Assembly: GCF_003013245.1 (NCBI RefSeq)
Contig: NZ_PXYY01000001.1
Coordinates: 31,473 to 63,472 of the forward strand
Source of the DNA: Neisseria iguanae
Lineage (GTDB): Bacteria > Pseudomonadota > Gammaproteobacteria > Burkholderiales > Neisseriaceae
Direction of reading: 5' to 3'
Length of the DNA: 32,000 nucleotides
The translations under genes were made by a program, and so were the position numbers. Positions 18,676 to 27,816 of this stretch are shown here, in pieces (position 1 is the stretch's first letter; each line of letters begins with the position of its first letter). The notes beneath the pieces are model-generated. The model did not search any database and had not been told where the DNA came from. It saw only the letters and a program-made list of their open reading frames with translations.

Positions 18676-18704
18676 TTGACAACCACTTTACAAATTTGTA
18701 AACT
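18676..18704 (+). promoter_or_regulatory. Sigma70 promoter TTGACA-17 nt-TAAACT, with the palindrome TTACAAATTTGTAA (18688-18701) in the spacer and -10 region
   Basis: The -35 is at 18676-18681 and the -10 at 18699-18704. A perfect 14-bp palindrome overlaps them, which is the classical geometry of a MarR operator. Strong RBS AAGGAG precedes ATG 18746. Confidence 0.55.
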
Positions 18705-18745
18705 GGTTTTCATGTTAAACGATAACTCAAACTAAGGAGACCATC

Positions 18746-19195
18746 ATGAACCGTCAAACTTTAAAAATCATCCACATCATCGCAGGTATTTCTGGCTTTC
18801 TGTTTATCCTGTCTTTTGGGAGCAGTACGGTGATTGCCGAACTGTTTTTATCGCAGGCCGCTGTTGCTGCTGTGAAGCAATATTGTGTGCGCCTTTATTG
18901 TATTTATCCCTGTAATGGCAGCAATCGGCATTACCGGTAATAAATTGGGAGGCCGCAGCAATCCGCTCATTGCCGCCGCATGCCGAAAATTGCCCTCAAC
19001 GGTCTGCTGGTGTTGCTGCCTTGCGCTTTTTATCTCAACCGCTTGGCGCAGGCCGGTGAATTTAACGGCATGTTTTACACCGTGCAAATCATCGAATTAA
19101 TCGCAGGTGCTGCCAACCTGATCATGATGGGATTGAATATTCGCGACGGTGTAACCGCCGTGAAAAGCCGCACGGCTGCAAAAGTGCAAGCATAG
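18746..19195 (+). pseudogene. Small 4-TM membrane protein broken by two compensating frameshifts
   Basis: Three overlapping ORF-track pieces lie in frames 2/0/2 (18746-18940, 18885-19100, 18980-19195). Their hydrophobic parts join as MNRQTLKIIHIIAGISGFLFILSF...AAVKQ / [31 protein letters not shown] / [52 protein letters not shown]... The shifts fall near 18876-18890 and 18960-18990. Confidence 0.6.
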
Positions 19196-19240
19196 GCCGT
19201 CTGAAAAATACAGCATTAAAACCTATAAGGAATCGCAATC

Positions 19241-19672
19241 ATGAAAACTGACACCCCACAACGTTACAGCACCTTTACCCGCCGGTTTCATTGGCTGATG
19301 GCTGCTTGTTATCTGATTATGTTCGGCACTGCGCTGGCATGGAATGTGAACGAAAATTTAACTTATTTGATTAACGTGCACCGCGCAGTAGGAATTTTAC
19401 TGCTGCTGATGACCCTGTTCCGCTTTGTGCTGGCTGTTAAAAACTTCCGCCATCGTCCGCACAATAATACCGCCACCCGTATCGGTCATTTGGCACTTTA
19501 CGCCGCTATGTTTGCCGTACCGGCTTCAGGCATGGCACAGCAGGCAGAAGCAGCATTCGGCAATGCACACGGGTTGCTGGCATTCGGTTTGCTGTTGCTG
19601 GTAGCCGGTCATGTGATGATGACAGTAATCCACCAATGCAAAGGCGAAAAAATCTGGCAGCGTATGGCTTGA
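19241..19672 (+). CDS. Short cytochrome b561 (CybB family)
   Basis: ...RRFHWLMAACYLIMFGTALAW...HRAVGILLL...IGHLALYAAMFAVPASG...LLVAGHVMMTVIH. This is the four-His, 4-TM b561 pattern, 143 aa. Confidence 0.8.
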   Translation: MKTDTPQRYSTFTRRFHWLMAACYLIMFGTALAWNVNENLTYLINVHRAVGILLLLMTLFRFVLAVKNFRHRPHNNTATRIGHLALYAAMFAVPASGMAQQAEAAFGNAHGLLAFGLLLLVAGHVMMTVIHQCKGEKIWQRMA

Positions 19673-19727
19673 ACTGCGCTGTTTTCCAACCTGAAACCCG
19701 TTTTATCCATATCGAAAGGTCTGAATC

Positions 19728-20195
19728 ATGAAAACCAATTTCAAAAAATCCGCCGTTATTGCTACTTCAATCACTGCTGTGTTAATGGTGGCAGGCTGCT
19801 TCGGCTTTGGTCCGAAAAAATTTGCGAAAAAATACGCAGAGCAGGTCACGCTGATTAATGTGTTTGAAGTGCCACAAGGCAAAGTCGATGAAGCCATTGT
19901 TTCATGGGAAAAATCGCGTGACTTTTTGGCGAAACAACCCGGCTACATCAATACACGCCTGCACCGTAATATCGATGCTGACGGCAAATACCAATTAATC
20001 AACATCGCACAATGGGCATCACCTGCCGAGTTCCAAGCCGCCACTGCCAAAATGCGGCAGGAGCTGAACAATCCGCTACCGGAAGGCACGGTTGCTACCC
20101 CTGCGCTGTATGAAGTAACCCGTGTCGATGGCAAAGATCCGTTTATCAAAATGCAGCAGAAATTTTTAGAAGAAAAAGCGGTTGCTAATCGGTAA
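19728..20195 (+). CDS. Lipoprotein with an ABM (antibiotic biosynthesis monooxygenase-like) domain
   Basis: Signal peptide plus lipobox ...AVLMVAGC|FGF. The body is VTLINVFEVPQGKVDEAIVSWEKSRDFLAKQPGYINTRLHRNIDADGKYQLINIAQWASPAEFQAA, typical of an ABM ferredoxin-like fold. Confidence 0.7.
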   Translation: MKTNFKKSAVIATSITAVLMVAGCFGFGPKKFAKKYAEQVTLINVFEVPQGKVDEAIVSWEKSRDFLAKQPGYINTRLHRNIDADGKYQLINIAQWASPAEFQAATAKMRQELNNPLPEGTVATPALYEVTRVDGKDPFIKMQQKFLEEKAVANR

Positions 20196-20206
20196 TACTA
20201 TTCCCA

Positions 20207-20247
20207 AAGGCTGTCTGAAAGAAACCGCAAATCTTTCAGACGGCCTT
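20207..20247 (+). terminator. Inverted DUS pair terminating the b561/ABM operon
   Basis: AAGGCTGTCTGAAAG and CTTTCAGACGGCCTT, 15-bp arms with one mismatch, 12 nt after the stop codon. Confidence 0.65.
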
Positions 20248-20329
20248 GTTGTTCCTTTTCCGAAACTCACAAAGTCTGAAAAATCCGCTATAATAACCGA
20301 CTATTTGATTTCCCATTCTGTTTAAAAAA

Positions 20330-21625
20330 ATGGCACAAAAAATCCAATCCGTAAAAGGCATGAACGACCTTTTGCCTGTCGAACAAAAAGATTTCAAACT
20401 CACCGCCGCTTTTTGGCAGGCATTTGAAGATACGGTCAGCCAATGGGCACGCGCTTACGGCTATCAGCAAATCCGTACGCCGATTGTGGAACAGACCGGT
20501 TTGTTTGTGCGTTCTATCGGCGAGGAAACCGATGTGGTCGGCAAAGAAATGTACACCTTTTCCGATTCCAATGATTCACTCAGCCTGAGCCTGCGTCCCG
20601 AAGGCACGGCTTCGTGTTTGCGCGCGGTGGTAGAGCATAATCTTTTATACAACAACCCGCAGAAATTATGGTATATGGGGCCGATGTTCCGCCGGGAACG
20701 TCCGCAAAAAGGCCGTTACCGCCAATTTCACCAAGTCGGTATCGAGGCGTTGGGTTTTGCAGGGCCGGACATCGATGCCGAAATTACTGCGATGTCGGCT
20801 GATTTGTGGAACAAACTGGGTATCAGGGATTATTTGACGCTGGAAATCAACAGCTTGGGCAATCGGAAAGAACGCGCCGCCTATCGTGCCGCGTTGGTGG
20901 CTTATCTGACTGAATATGAAGACCAATTAGATGAAGACAGCAAACGCCGTCTGAAAAGCAATCCCTTGCGCGTGCTGGACACCAAAAATCCCGGTTTGCA
21001 GGAAATCTGCAATGCGGCTCCGTGCCTGATTGATTATTTGGGCGAAGAGTCTCTGGCACACTACAACCGCTTTAAAGCCCTGCTTGACGGCTTGCAAATC
21101 GAATATGTCGAAAACCCGCGCCTGGTTCGCGGCTTGGATTACTACAACCAGACCGTATTTGAATGGACGACTGAAAAACTCGGTGCGCAGGCCACAGTAT
21201 GCGGTGGCGGCCGTTATGACGGTTTGATTGAAGAGTTGGGTGGCAAGCCGGCGGCTTCCATCGGTTTTGCGATGGGTATTGAGCGTTTGCTGTTGCTGGT
21301 ACACGAATACGGCTCGTTGAAAGTGAATGCTGCGCCGGACGTGTATGCCATGCACCAAGGTGAAGGTGCGGATTTGAAAGTGATGCAATACGCGCAAGCC
21401 TTACGCGCAGCCGGTTTGAATGTGTTGCAGCATTCGGGTTATCAAAAACTGAATGCGCAAATGAAAAAAGCCGATGCTAGCGGCGCACGTTTCGCGCTGA
21501 TTGTGGCGCAAGACGAATTGGCCGAAGGCAAAGTCACACTGAAAGACATGCAGGGCGAAAAAGGCCAGATTACTGTGGCAGCCGCTGATTTAATCAATAC
21601 TTTACAACAATGGAAGAACGTATAA
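20330..21625 (+). CDS. hisS: Histidine--tRNA ligase
   Basis: [23 protein letters not shown]...[17 protein letters not shown]...GGGRYDGL class II motifs, 431 aa. Confidence 0.96.
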   Translation: MAQKIQSVKGMNDLLPVEQKDFKLTAAFWQAFEDTVSQWARAYGYQQIRTPIVEQTGLFVRSIGEETDVVGKEMYTFSDSNDSLSLSLRPEGTASCLRAVVEHNLLYNNPQKLWYMGPMFRRERPQKGRYRQFHQVGIEALGFAGPDIDAEITAMSADLWNKLGIRDYLTLEINSLGNRKERAAYRAALVAYLTEYEDQLDEDSKRRLKSNPLRVLDTKNPGLQEICNAAPCLIDYLGEESLAHYNRFKALLDGLQIEYVENPRLVRGLDYYNQTVFEWTTEKLGAQATVCGGGRYDGLIEELGGKPAASIGFAMGIERLLLLVHEYGSLKVNAAPDVYAMHQGEGADLKVMQYAQALRAAGLNVLQHSGYQKLNAQMKKADASGARFALIVAQDELAEGKVTLKDMQGEKGQITVAAADLINTLQQWKNV

Positions 21626-22255
21626 ATGGCAGCTCATTTGGAAGAACAACAAGAGTTAGACAATTTCAAATACTTTTGGAAAAGCACCGGCCGTTGGCTG
21701 TTTGCCCTGCTGATGCTGGTTGCATTGGGTTACTTGGGCTATACCATGTATCAAAGCCATTTGGTGAAAAAAAGCCAAGAAGCGGCAGGCGTGTTGGCGC
21801 AACTGGTTGAAAAGGCGCAAAACAAGGGCGATACCAAAGCCATTAATGTCGATTTGAAAAACCTTCAGCAAAACTTTGCCGATACCATTCCGGCAGCACA
21901 AGCCACGTTGATGGTAGCGGCTAGCGAATTTGATGCCGGTCGTTACGACGTGGCTTCAGGCCATTTGAACTGGGTATTGAAAAACCAAAAAGAGCCGTTG
22001 GTTCAAGCATTGGCAGTGCAGCGTTTGGCTGTGGTAAAGTTACAGCAGAAGAAATATGATGAAGCTTTAGCCGCCTTGGATACAAAAGTTGATCCCAACT
22101 ACGAAGCCTTGTTGCTGGAAACCAAAGGCGATGTTTTTGTGGCGCAAAACAAAGCCAAAGAAGCGGCTGCCAGCTATGAGCAGGCATTAGCAAAATTACC
22201 GAAAGATTCGGGGAGCCGCGAATTGCTTCAAATGAAATTGGATTCGCAAAAATAA
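21626..22255 (+). CDS. yfgM: YfgM-like membrane-anchored TPR protein
   Basis: The start codon abuts the hisS stop. N-terminal anchor WLFALLMLVALGYLGYTMY followed by a TPR-like helical body. Syntenic position between hisS and der. Confidence 0.7.
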   Translation: MAAHLEEQQELDNFKYFWKSTGRWLFALLMLVALGYLGYTMYQSHLVKKSQEAAGVLAQLVEKAQNKGDTKAINVDLKNLQQNFADTIPAAQATLMVAASEFDAGRYDVASGHLNWVLKNQKEPLVQALAVQRLAVVKLQQKKYDEALAALDTKVDPNYEALLLETKGDVFVAQNKAKEAAASYEQALAKLPKDSGSRELLQMKLDSQK

Positions 22256-22446
22256 GGCCGTCTGAAACCATATTGATGGAATACGTTAACCAATCATGCA
22301 ATATGGGCTGCAAATGGTTTGGCGCGGATGATGTGGATTTATGATAAGAACAGCAGGCTTGTCGGGATTATGTCCGGCAAGCCCTTGTGTGTTTTCAGAC
22401 GGCCTGCCGAATAATAGGCCGCCTGAAAACGCAAGAAAGAGAAAAA

Positions 22447-23916
22447 ATGAAACCAACGATTGCACTGGTGGGGCGGCCGAATGTCGGCAAATCCACCTTA
22501 TTCAACCGATTGACACGTACCAAAGACGCGTTGGTACACGATTTGCCCGGCTTAACGCGCGACCGCCATTACGGTCACGGCAAAATCGGCAGCAAACCTT
22601 ATTTGGTGGTTGATACCGGAGGTTTCGAGCCAGTAGTCGACAGCGGTATCTTGCACGAAATGGCGCGCCAAACCCTGCAAGCGGTTGATGAAGCCGATGC
22701 GGTAGTGTTTTTGGTTGATGCGCGCACAGGTCTGACCCCGCAAGACAAAATCATTGCCGACCGTTTGCGCCAAAATCCGCGTCCGGTTTATTTGGCTGTG
22801 AACAAAAGCGAAGGCGGCAATCAGGCAGTGTTGTCTGCCGAGTTTTACGAATTGGCATTAGGTGACCCGTATGTGATTTCCGGTGCGCACGGCGATGGTG
22901 TGTATTATCTGATTGAAGACATTTTGGCAGAATTTCCAGAGCCGGAAAAAGAGGAAGAAATCGCCAAACATCCGGTTTTTGCCGTGATCGGCCGGCCGAA
23001 TGTCGGCAAGTCCACATTGGTGAATGCCATTTTGGGTGAAGAGCGCGTGATTGCATTCGACATGGCGGGTACCACGCGCGACAGTATCTATATCGATTTC
23101 GAGCGCGAAGGCAAGCCGTTTACCATCATCGACACCGCCGGTGTGCGTCGTCGAGGCAAAGTGGATAAGGCGGTTGAAAAATTCTCGGTGATTAAAGCCA
23201 TGCAGGCGATTGAAGCGGCCAATGTCGCGGTATTGGTATTGGATGCGCAGCAAGACATCGCCGACCAAGATGCCACGATTGCCGGTTTTGCTTTGGAAGC
23301 AGGGCGTGCATTGGTAGTGGCGGTGAATAAATGGGACGGTATGAGCGAAGAGTGCCGAGGGCAAGTCAAGCGCGATATCAACCGCAAGCTGTATTTCCTT
23401 GATTTTGCTAAATTCCACTTTATTTCTGCTTTGAAAGAGCGTGGCATTGACGGTTTATTCGACAGTATTCAAGCGGCTTACGAGGCAGCTATGATTAAAA
23501 TGCCGACACCGAAAATCACCCGTGTACTTCAGACTGCCGTTGAGCGCCAACAACCGCCGCGTTCGGGCCGGACCCGTCCGAAAATGCGTTATGCCCACCA
23601 AGGCGGCATGAATCCGCCGGTGATTGTGGTGCACGGTAACTCCCTGCACTTGATTTCTGACAGTTACACACGTTATCTGACCCAAACTTTCCGCAAAGCT
23701 TTTAATCTCCAAGGTACGCCGTTGCGGATTCAGTATAATGTTTCGGAAAACCCTTACGAAGAAAAAGAAGATAAGCCGAAGAAGAAACCATTGCGCCGTG
23801 CGGCCTACAGCAACCGTATCGCCAAACGTGAAGAACGTAAGGGTGAAAAAGTGCGCAATAGCGGCGGCAAAGCCAAGAAGCGCCAAGTCAGCGTGAAAAA
23901 ACAACACAGCAAATAA
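22447..23916 (+). CDS. der: Ribosome-associated GTPase Der/EngA
   Basis: Two G-domains ([12 protein letters not shown] and [12 protein letters not shown]; DTGG/DTAG; NKSE/NKWD), a KH-like domain and a Lys-rich tail. ATG 22447 chosen over the ORF-track start at 22387. Confidence 0.95.
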   Translation: MKPTIALVGRPNVGKSTLFNRLTRTKDALVHDLPGLTRDRHYGHGKIGSKPYLVVDTGGFEPVVDSGILHEMARQTLQAVDEADAVVFLVDARTGLTPQDKIIADRLRQNPRPVYLAVNKSEGGNQAVLSAEFYELALGDPYVISGAHGDGVYYLIEDILAEFPEPEKEEEIAKHPVFAVIGRPNVGKSTLVNAILGEERVIAFDMAGTTRDSIYIDFEREGKPFTIIDTAGVRRRGKVDKAVEKFSVIKAMQAIEAANVAVLVLDAQQDIADQDATIAGFALEAGRALVVAVNKWDGMSEECRGQVKRDINRKLYFLDFAKFHFISALKERGIDGLFDSIQAAYEAAMIKMPTPKITRVLQTAVERQQPPRSGRTRPKMRYAHQGGMNPPVIVVHGNSLHLISDSYTRYLTQTFRKAFNLQGTPLRIQYNVSENPYEEKEDKPKKKPLRRAAYSNRIAKREERKGEKVRNSGGKAKKRQVSVKKQHSK

Positions 23917-23917
23917 A

Positions 23918-23964
23918 ACAAGACCGGCAAACGAAAGCAAAATTTCGTTTGCCGGTCTTGTTTT
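23918..23964 (+). terminator. Rho-independent terminator after der
   Basis: 19-bp perfect stem ACAAGACCGGCAAACGAAA / TTTCGTTTGCCGGTCTTGT, 6-nt loop, then TTT. Confidence 0.85.
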
Positions 23965-24232
23965 GCACATAGTGTGGTTGGCTAAGTTGTCAAAAATGCC
24001 GTATAGCAAATAAAGTTGAAAAAGATGAAAGAGATAAGGTAAATAGAGTAAATATTTAAACAAAAAACAAGCTACATAGTAAGGAAAATCAAGCCAGATA
24101 AACAAATAGACCGTATTAAAAAGTTTGCATATTCTTACCCAAAATTATTGGTAAAAATCCATATTCAAGGCTACAATCGCCCATAAAGCTATTCACAGCT
24201 TTCCTTAAAATCATAATAACGGAGTAAAGAAT

Positions 24233-24523
24233 ATGACAGCTAAAGGACAAATGTTACAAGATCCTTTTTTGAATGCGTTGCGTAAAGAGCACGTACCGGT
24301 TTCGATTTACTTGGTTAACGGCATTAAGCTGCAAGGCCAAGTGGAATCATTCGACCAATACGTTGTTTTGCTGCGTAATACTTCAGTCACTCAGATGGTT
24401 TACAAACATGCTATTTCAACCATTGTTCCGGCCCGTGCGGTAAGCTTGCAGCACGAAAACAAACCGGCAGCCCAACCACAAGTAGTTGCGTCAGGGCAAG
24501 TGGAAACCCAGCCGGTAGAATAA
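24233..24523 (+). CDS. hfq: RNA chaperone Hfq
   Basis: [73 protein letters not shown]. Confidence 0.97.
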   Translation: MTAKGQMLQDPFLNALRKEHVPVSIYLVNGIKLQGQVESFDQYVVLLRNTSVTQMVYKHAISTIVPARAVSLQHENKPAAQPQVVASGQVETQPVE

Positions 24524-24543
24524 TGCAGGTCATTATTTTTTTG

Positions 24544-24575
24544 ATACCTTACCGTTTGGCGGTAAGGTATTTTTA
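24544..24575 (+). terminator. Rho-independent terminator after hfq
   Basis: ATACCTTACCG-TTTGG-CGGTAAGGTAT followed by TTTTT. Confidence 0.85.
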
Positions 24576-24613
24576 TTTTCAGAAGGCCTTTCAAACGCAA
24601 TGGAGAGAATGTG

Positions 24614-25177
24614 ATGCCGATTCAGAATATTCTTCCCTTTACCCATCAATTATTAGCCAGTCATTTGCAAAATGGCGACATTGCTTTAGACGGTACGGCC
24701 GGGAACGGTCACGATACGGTTTTTTTAGCCGAGGCAGTAGGCAATTGTGGCAAAGTATGGGCATTTGATGTGCAAAAACAAGCCACCGAGCAGACCAAGG
24801 CCAGATTGATGGCGGAAAATTTGCTTAGTCGAGTTGCTTTGGTTCACGACAGCCACCAATATATCGAACGTTATATCTGTCAGGGATTGGATGCAGCGGT
24901 GTTCAATTTCGGCTGGTTGCCGGGTGGCGATAAAAACGTGACTACGTTGGCCGATAGCAGCCTTGCCGCGTTAAACAGTACCTTGTCGCTGTTAAATCCC
25001 AACGGCATTGTAGTGGCAGTGTTATACCCCGGTCACGATTCGGGCCGTGCGGAAACCGAAGCAATAGAAGCATGGGCGCAATCGTTGCCGCAACAAGAAT
25101 TTGCCGTGTTGAAATATCATTTTATCAACCGCCAAAATCATCCGCCTTATATGTTGGCGATACAAAAGTTACGTTAG
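24614..25177 (+). CDS. Class I SAM-dependent methyltransferase, YtqB/rRNA_methylase-type
   Basis: Motif I ALDGTAGNGHDTVFLAE, ...VWAFDVQKQA..., ...AAVFNFGWLPGGDK..., 187 aa from the ATG. The ORF track begins one codon earlier at a GTG. Confidence 0.7.
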   Translation: MPIQNILPFTHQLLASHLQNGDIALDGTAGNGHDTVFLAEAVGNCGKVWAFDVQKQATEQTKARLMAENLLSRVALVHDSHQYIERYICQGLDAAVFNFGWLPGGDKNVTTLADSSLAALNSTLSLLNPNGIVVAVLYPGHDSGRAETEAIEAWAQSLPQQEFAVLKYHFINRQNHPPYMLAIQKLR

Positions 25178-25231
25178 AAATGAATGTTTAGGGTAAAATA
25201 GCGTTATTCTCAAACTCTCCGCGACCCTGCC

Positions 25232-25603
25232 ATGCAATATCTGATTGTTAAACACAGCCATATGTTTTTTGTGGCAATTACCATTTTATTGTTTACCTTG
25301 CGTTTTTTCTTGTTGTGGAAAAATCCGCAAAAACCTTTGGCCGGGGTATTGAAAGCCTTGCCGCATTTGAACGATACCATGTTGCTGTTTACCGGCTTGT
25401 GGTTGATGAAACTCACTCATTTCACCCCGTTTAACGCACCTTGGTTGGCCGTCAAAATTGTTTTATTATTGGTGTACATCGGCTTTGGTGTGGTGATGAT
25501 GCGTGCTGCGCCGCGTTCGCGCAAATTCTATATTACCTATTTATGCGCCATGGCCTGTGTGGCCACGATTGTGTATATGGCTTTATTCAAACCTTATTTC
25601 TGA
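25232..25603 (+). CDS. SirB2-family inner membrane protein
   Basis: 123 aa, 4 TM, MQYLIVKHSHMFFVAITILLFTLRFFLLW...LPHLNDTMLLFTGLWL... Confidence 0.65.
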   Translation: MQYLIVKHSHMFFVAITILLFTLRFFLLWKNPQKPLAGVLKALPHLNDTMLLFTGLWLMKLTHFTPFNAPWLAVKIVLLLVYIGFGVVMMRAAPRSRKFYITYLCAMACVATIVYMALFKPYF

Positions 25604-25615
25604 GGCCGTCTGAAT

Positions 25616-26116
25616 ATGTCGAACCGAAAATCCGCCATCATTGCATTGGGCAGCAATCTGCAAAACCCTGCCCAACAGGTTCGCGCAGCGTTGGCAGCGA
25701 TTGCTGCCCATCCACAGATTGAGATTGAACGAACTTCTTCACTCTACATCACGACTCCGGTCGGCTATGACAATCAGCCGGATTTTGTGAACGCTGTGTG
25801 TACGGTATGCACCGGTTTGGAAGGCGTTGCTTTGTTGGCAGTATTGAATCAAATTGAGGCGGATTTCGGCCGCGAACGCACATTCCGTAATGCGCCGCGC
25901 ACGCTGGATTTAGACATCATCGACTACCATCACCAAAGCAGTGACGATCCGCATTTGACTTTACCACATCCGCGTGCGCACGAGCGCAGTTTTGTGATGA
26001 AGCCACTGGCCGAAATCCTGCCTGATTTTGAATTGGGTCAACAAGGTAAAGCTGCCGATATTGCCGCACGGTTGGGAGATAATGGCATTCAGTTATTGAG
26101 TGAAGCGGATAAATAG
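25616..26116 (+). CDS. folK: 2-amino-4-hydroxy-6-hydroxymethyldihydropteridine diphosphokinase
   Basis: ...AIIALGSNL...PDFVNAV...RTLDLDII...LTLPHPRAHERSFVMKPL, 166 aa. Confidence 0.92.
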   Translation: MSNRKSAIIALGSNLQNPAQQVRAALAAIAAHPQIEIERTSSLYITTPVGYDNQPDFVNAVCTVCTGLEGVALLAVLNQIEADFGRERTFRNAPRTLDLDIIDYHHQSSDDPHLTLPHPRAHERSFVMKPLAEILPDFELGQQGKAADIAARLGDNGIQLLSEADK

Positions 26117-26226
26117 GCCGTCTGAAAAAATCCTAACCACTTTCAGACAGCATCTTTATACTGTTCACTATTGCAGGGTCTGATAAAATACGGTCTGACA
26201 ATAAAAAGACAGATTAGGGAATCAAA

Positions 26227-26862
26227 ATGAACTATCGTTATATTGCGGTTGAAGGTGCCATCGGTAGCGGCAAATCAGAATTGAGCCGCCGTTTGGCTGC
26301 CCATTTCAATGCGCTACATCTGCCAGAAAATGCCGACCAAAATCCATTTTTGGCGCAATTTTATGCCAATGCCAATAATCACGGTTTGGCGACCGAGCTG
26401 TTTTTTCTGATGCGCCGAGCCGAAAGCGTGGATCTGATTAACGCTGAAGAAGAGAAAGGCAGCATGATTGTGGCGGATTTTCTGTTAGAAAAAGATCAGG
26501 TTTTCGTGCCGGTGGTGTTGAATGATAAGGAACAAACCTTATTCTGGGAGCTGAAACGCCGTACTATGCCGCAATATCCCTTGCCGGATTTGGTGATTTA
26601 CCTGCAAACTGCTGCCGATACCAACCGCAAACGCCTGCAAAAGCGCGGTGACGGCGTGGTGAATCTGTTTCCAGCCGGCTATCTCAACCGCATCCATGAA
26701 GGATACAGCCGCTTTTTCCACCTTTATCAAAATGCCCCCTTGCTGATTGTGAATGCCGATGAATTGGATGTAAATGGTAACGACGAGCATTTTGAATTGC
26801 TGCTGCAGGCCGTAGGTGATTTGCAAGGTAGCCGCAATTATCTGAATTTAAGTGAAAAATAG
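26227..26862 (+). CDS. Deoxynucleoside kinase family protein
   Basis: P-loop IAVEGAIGSGKSELSRRLA, ...NPFLAQFY..., ...DLVIYLQT...RLQKRGD (dNK LID region), 211 aa. Confidence 0.8.
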   Translation: MNYRYIAVEGAIGSGKSELSRRLAAHFNALHLPENADQNPFLAQFYANANNHGLATELFFLMRRAESVDLINAEEEKGSMIVADFLLEKDQVFVPVVLNDKEQTLFWELKRRTMPQYPLPDLVIYLQTAADTNRKRLQKRGDGVVNLFPAGYLNRIHEGYSRFFHLYQNAPLLIVNADELDVNGNDEHFELLLQAVGDLQGSRNYLNLSEK

Positions 26863-26897
26863 TCTGAAACAACAGGCCGTCTGAAACGGAATCCATC

Positions 26898-27338
26898 ATG
26901 TCGAAATATGAATTTACCCTTCCATCCAGCAGTGGTGAAGATTTTCACTCTGACGATCACCTACCTTTGATTGTGTATTTTTACCCGAAAGACAGCACAC
27001 CCGGCTGCACAACCGAAGGTTTGGATTTTAATGCCCGATTAGATCAATTTAAAGCATTAGGCTACACCGTGGTCGGCATTTCGCGTGATGGTGTGAAAGC
27101 GCATCAAAATTTCTGCGCTAAACAAGGTTTTCAGTTTGAATTGCTGAGCGACAAAGAAGAAACCGTGTGCAAAATGTTTGATGTTATCAAGCTGAAAAAG
27201 CTCTACGGCAAAGAATCCTTGGGCATAGAGCGCAGCACATTTGTATTGAGCGGGCAGGGTGAAATCGCACACGAATGGCGCAAGGTGAAAGTAACCGGCC
27301 ATGCGCAGGAAGTGTTGGAAACGGTTAGCGCGTCATAA
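26898..27338 (+). CDS. bcp: Peroxiredoxin Bcp
   Basis: ...LIVYFYPKDSTPGCTTEGLDF... contains the peroxidatic Cys motif. No second Cys occurs 5 residues downstream. 146 aa. Confidence 0.9.
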   Translation: MSKYEFTLPSSSGEDFHSDDHLPLIVYFYPKDSTPGCTTEGLDFNARLDQFKALGYTVVGISRDGVKAHQNFCAKQGFQFELLSDKEETVCKMFDVIKLKKLYGKESLGIERSTFVLSGQGEIAHEWRKVKVTGHAQEVLETVSAS

Positions 27339-27348
27339 TTTAAAAGGG

Positions 27349-27801
27349 TTAAATCATACGTTTTAAAATCTTGTCGCCCTTGACATGATGAACAGCCACC
27401 ATACCAATATGACCGGCCACCAACACCAAAAGCACCCACGCAAATATGCCATGCCAAGCGTTACCCGCATCAATTAAGGCTTGATTGTGCTTGGTAATCC
27501 CCACCTGGCGAACCACGCCCACCACAGGCACCGCCAACATCAATACATACAAAGCCCTATGTCCCAATTTTACCGTAAAGCTATTGGCCGGTGACTATTT
27601 GGCGTGCGTGATTGCCCAAATCAACCGAAACACTGTTAAAATCAGCAGCAGAATGCCAATGGCACGGTGCGGATTCATCAAAAATTTCAGGGTGTCATTC
27701 ATATTCCAAGCGATTGCAGTTGCAAACATTGATCCGTAACACAACGCCATGCCCCAATGCAGATAACGTGCGACAAGACCGTAAGCAGTTTGAGTTTTCA
27801 T
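27349..27801 (-). pseudogene. Second short cytochrome b561 paralogue, interrupted by an in-frame TAG at 27595-27597
   Basis: ORF-track pieces 27595-27825 and 27349-27567 are in the same frame. Read-through gives ...FRLIWAITHAK*SPANSFTVKLGHRALYVLMLAVPVVG... This aligns without gaps to the 19241-19672 protein. The likely start is ATG 27801, preceded by GGAGAAAG. Confidence 0.7.
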
Positions 27802-27816
27802 AACTTTCTCCAAAAG

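Noticed and set aside
20927-21397. 156-aa minus-strand ORF
   Set aside because: It is antisense to hisS.
22858-23447. 186-aa and 119-aa minus-strand ORFs
   Set aside because: Both are antisense to the der G-domains, with Arg/His/Cys-rich composition typical of the reverse frame of a real gene.
23455-24105. 216-aa minus-strand ORF, the third longest unexplained ORF in the track
   Set aside because: It is antisense to the 3' end of der and runs into the A/T-rich der-hfq spacer. The translation is low-complexity ([32 protein letters not shown]). It has no RBS and overlaps a confidently called gene and its terminator.
5500-24160. Shared TTGGTAA(A) motif upstream of ribBA (5503), ndk (12043) and hfq (24149), considered as a common regulator site
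   Set aside because: At ndk and hfq it reads TGGTAAAAT and TGGTAAAAA, so it is an ordinary extended -10 promoter element. At ribBA it is one arm of a local palindrome. There is no need for a shared regulon.
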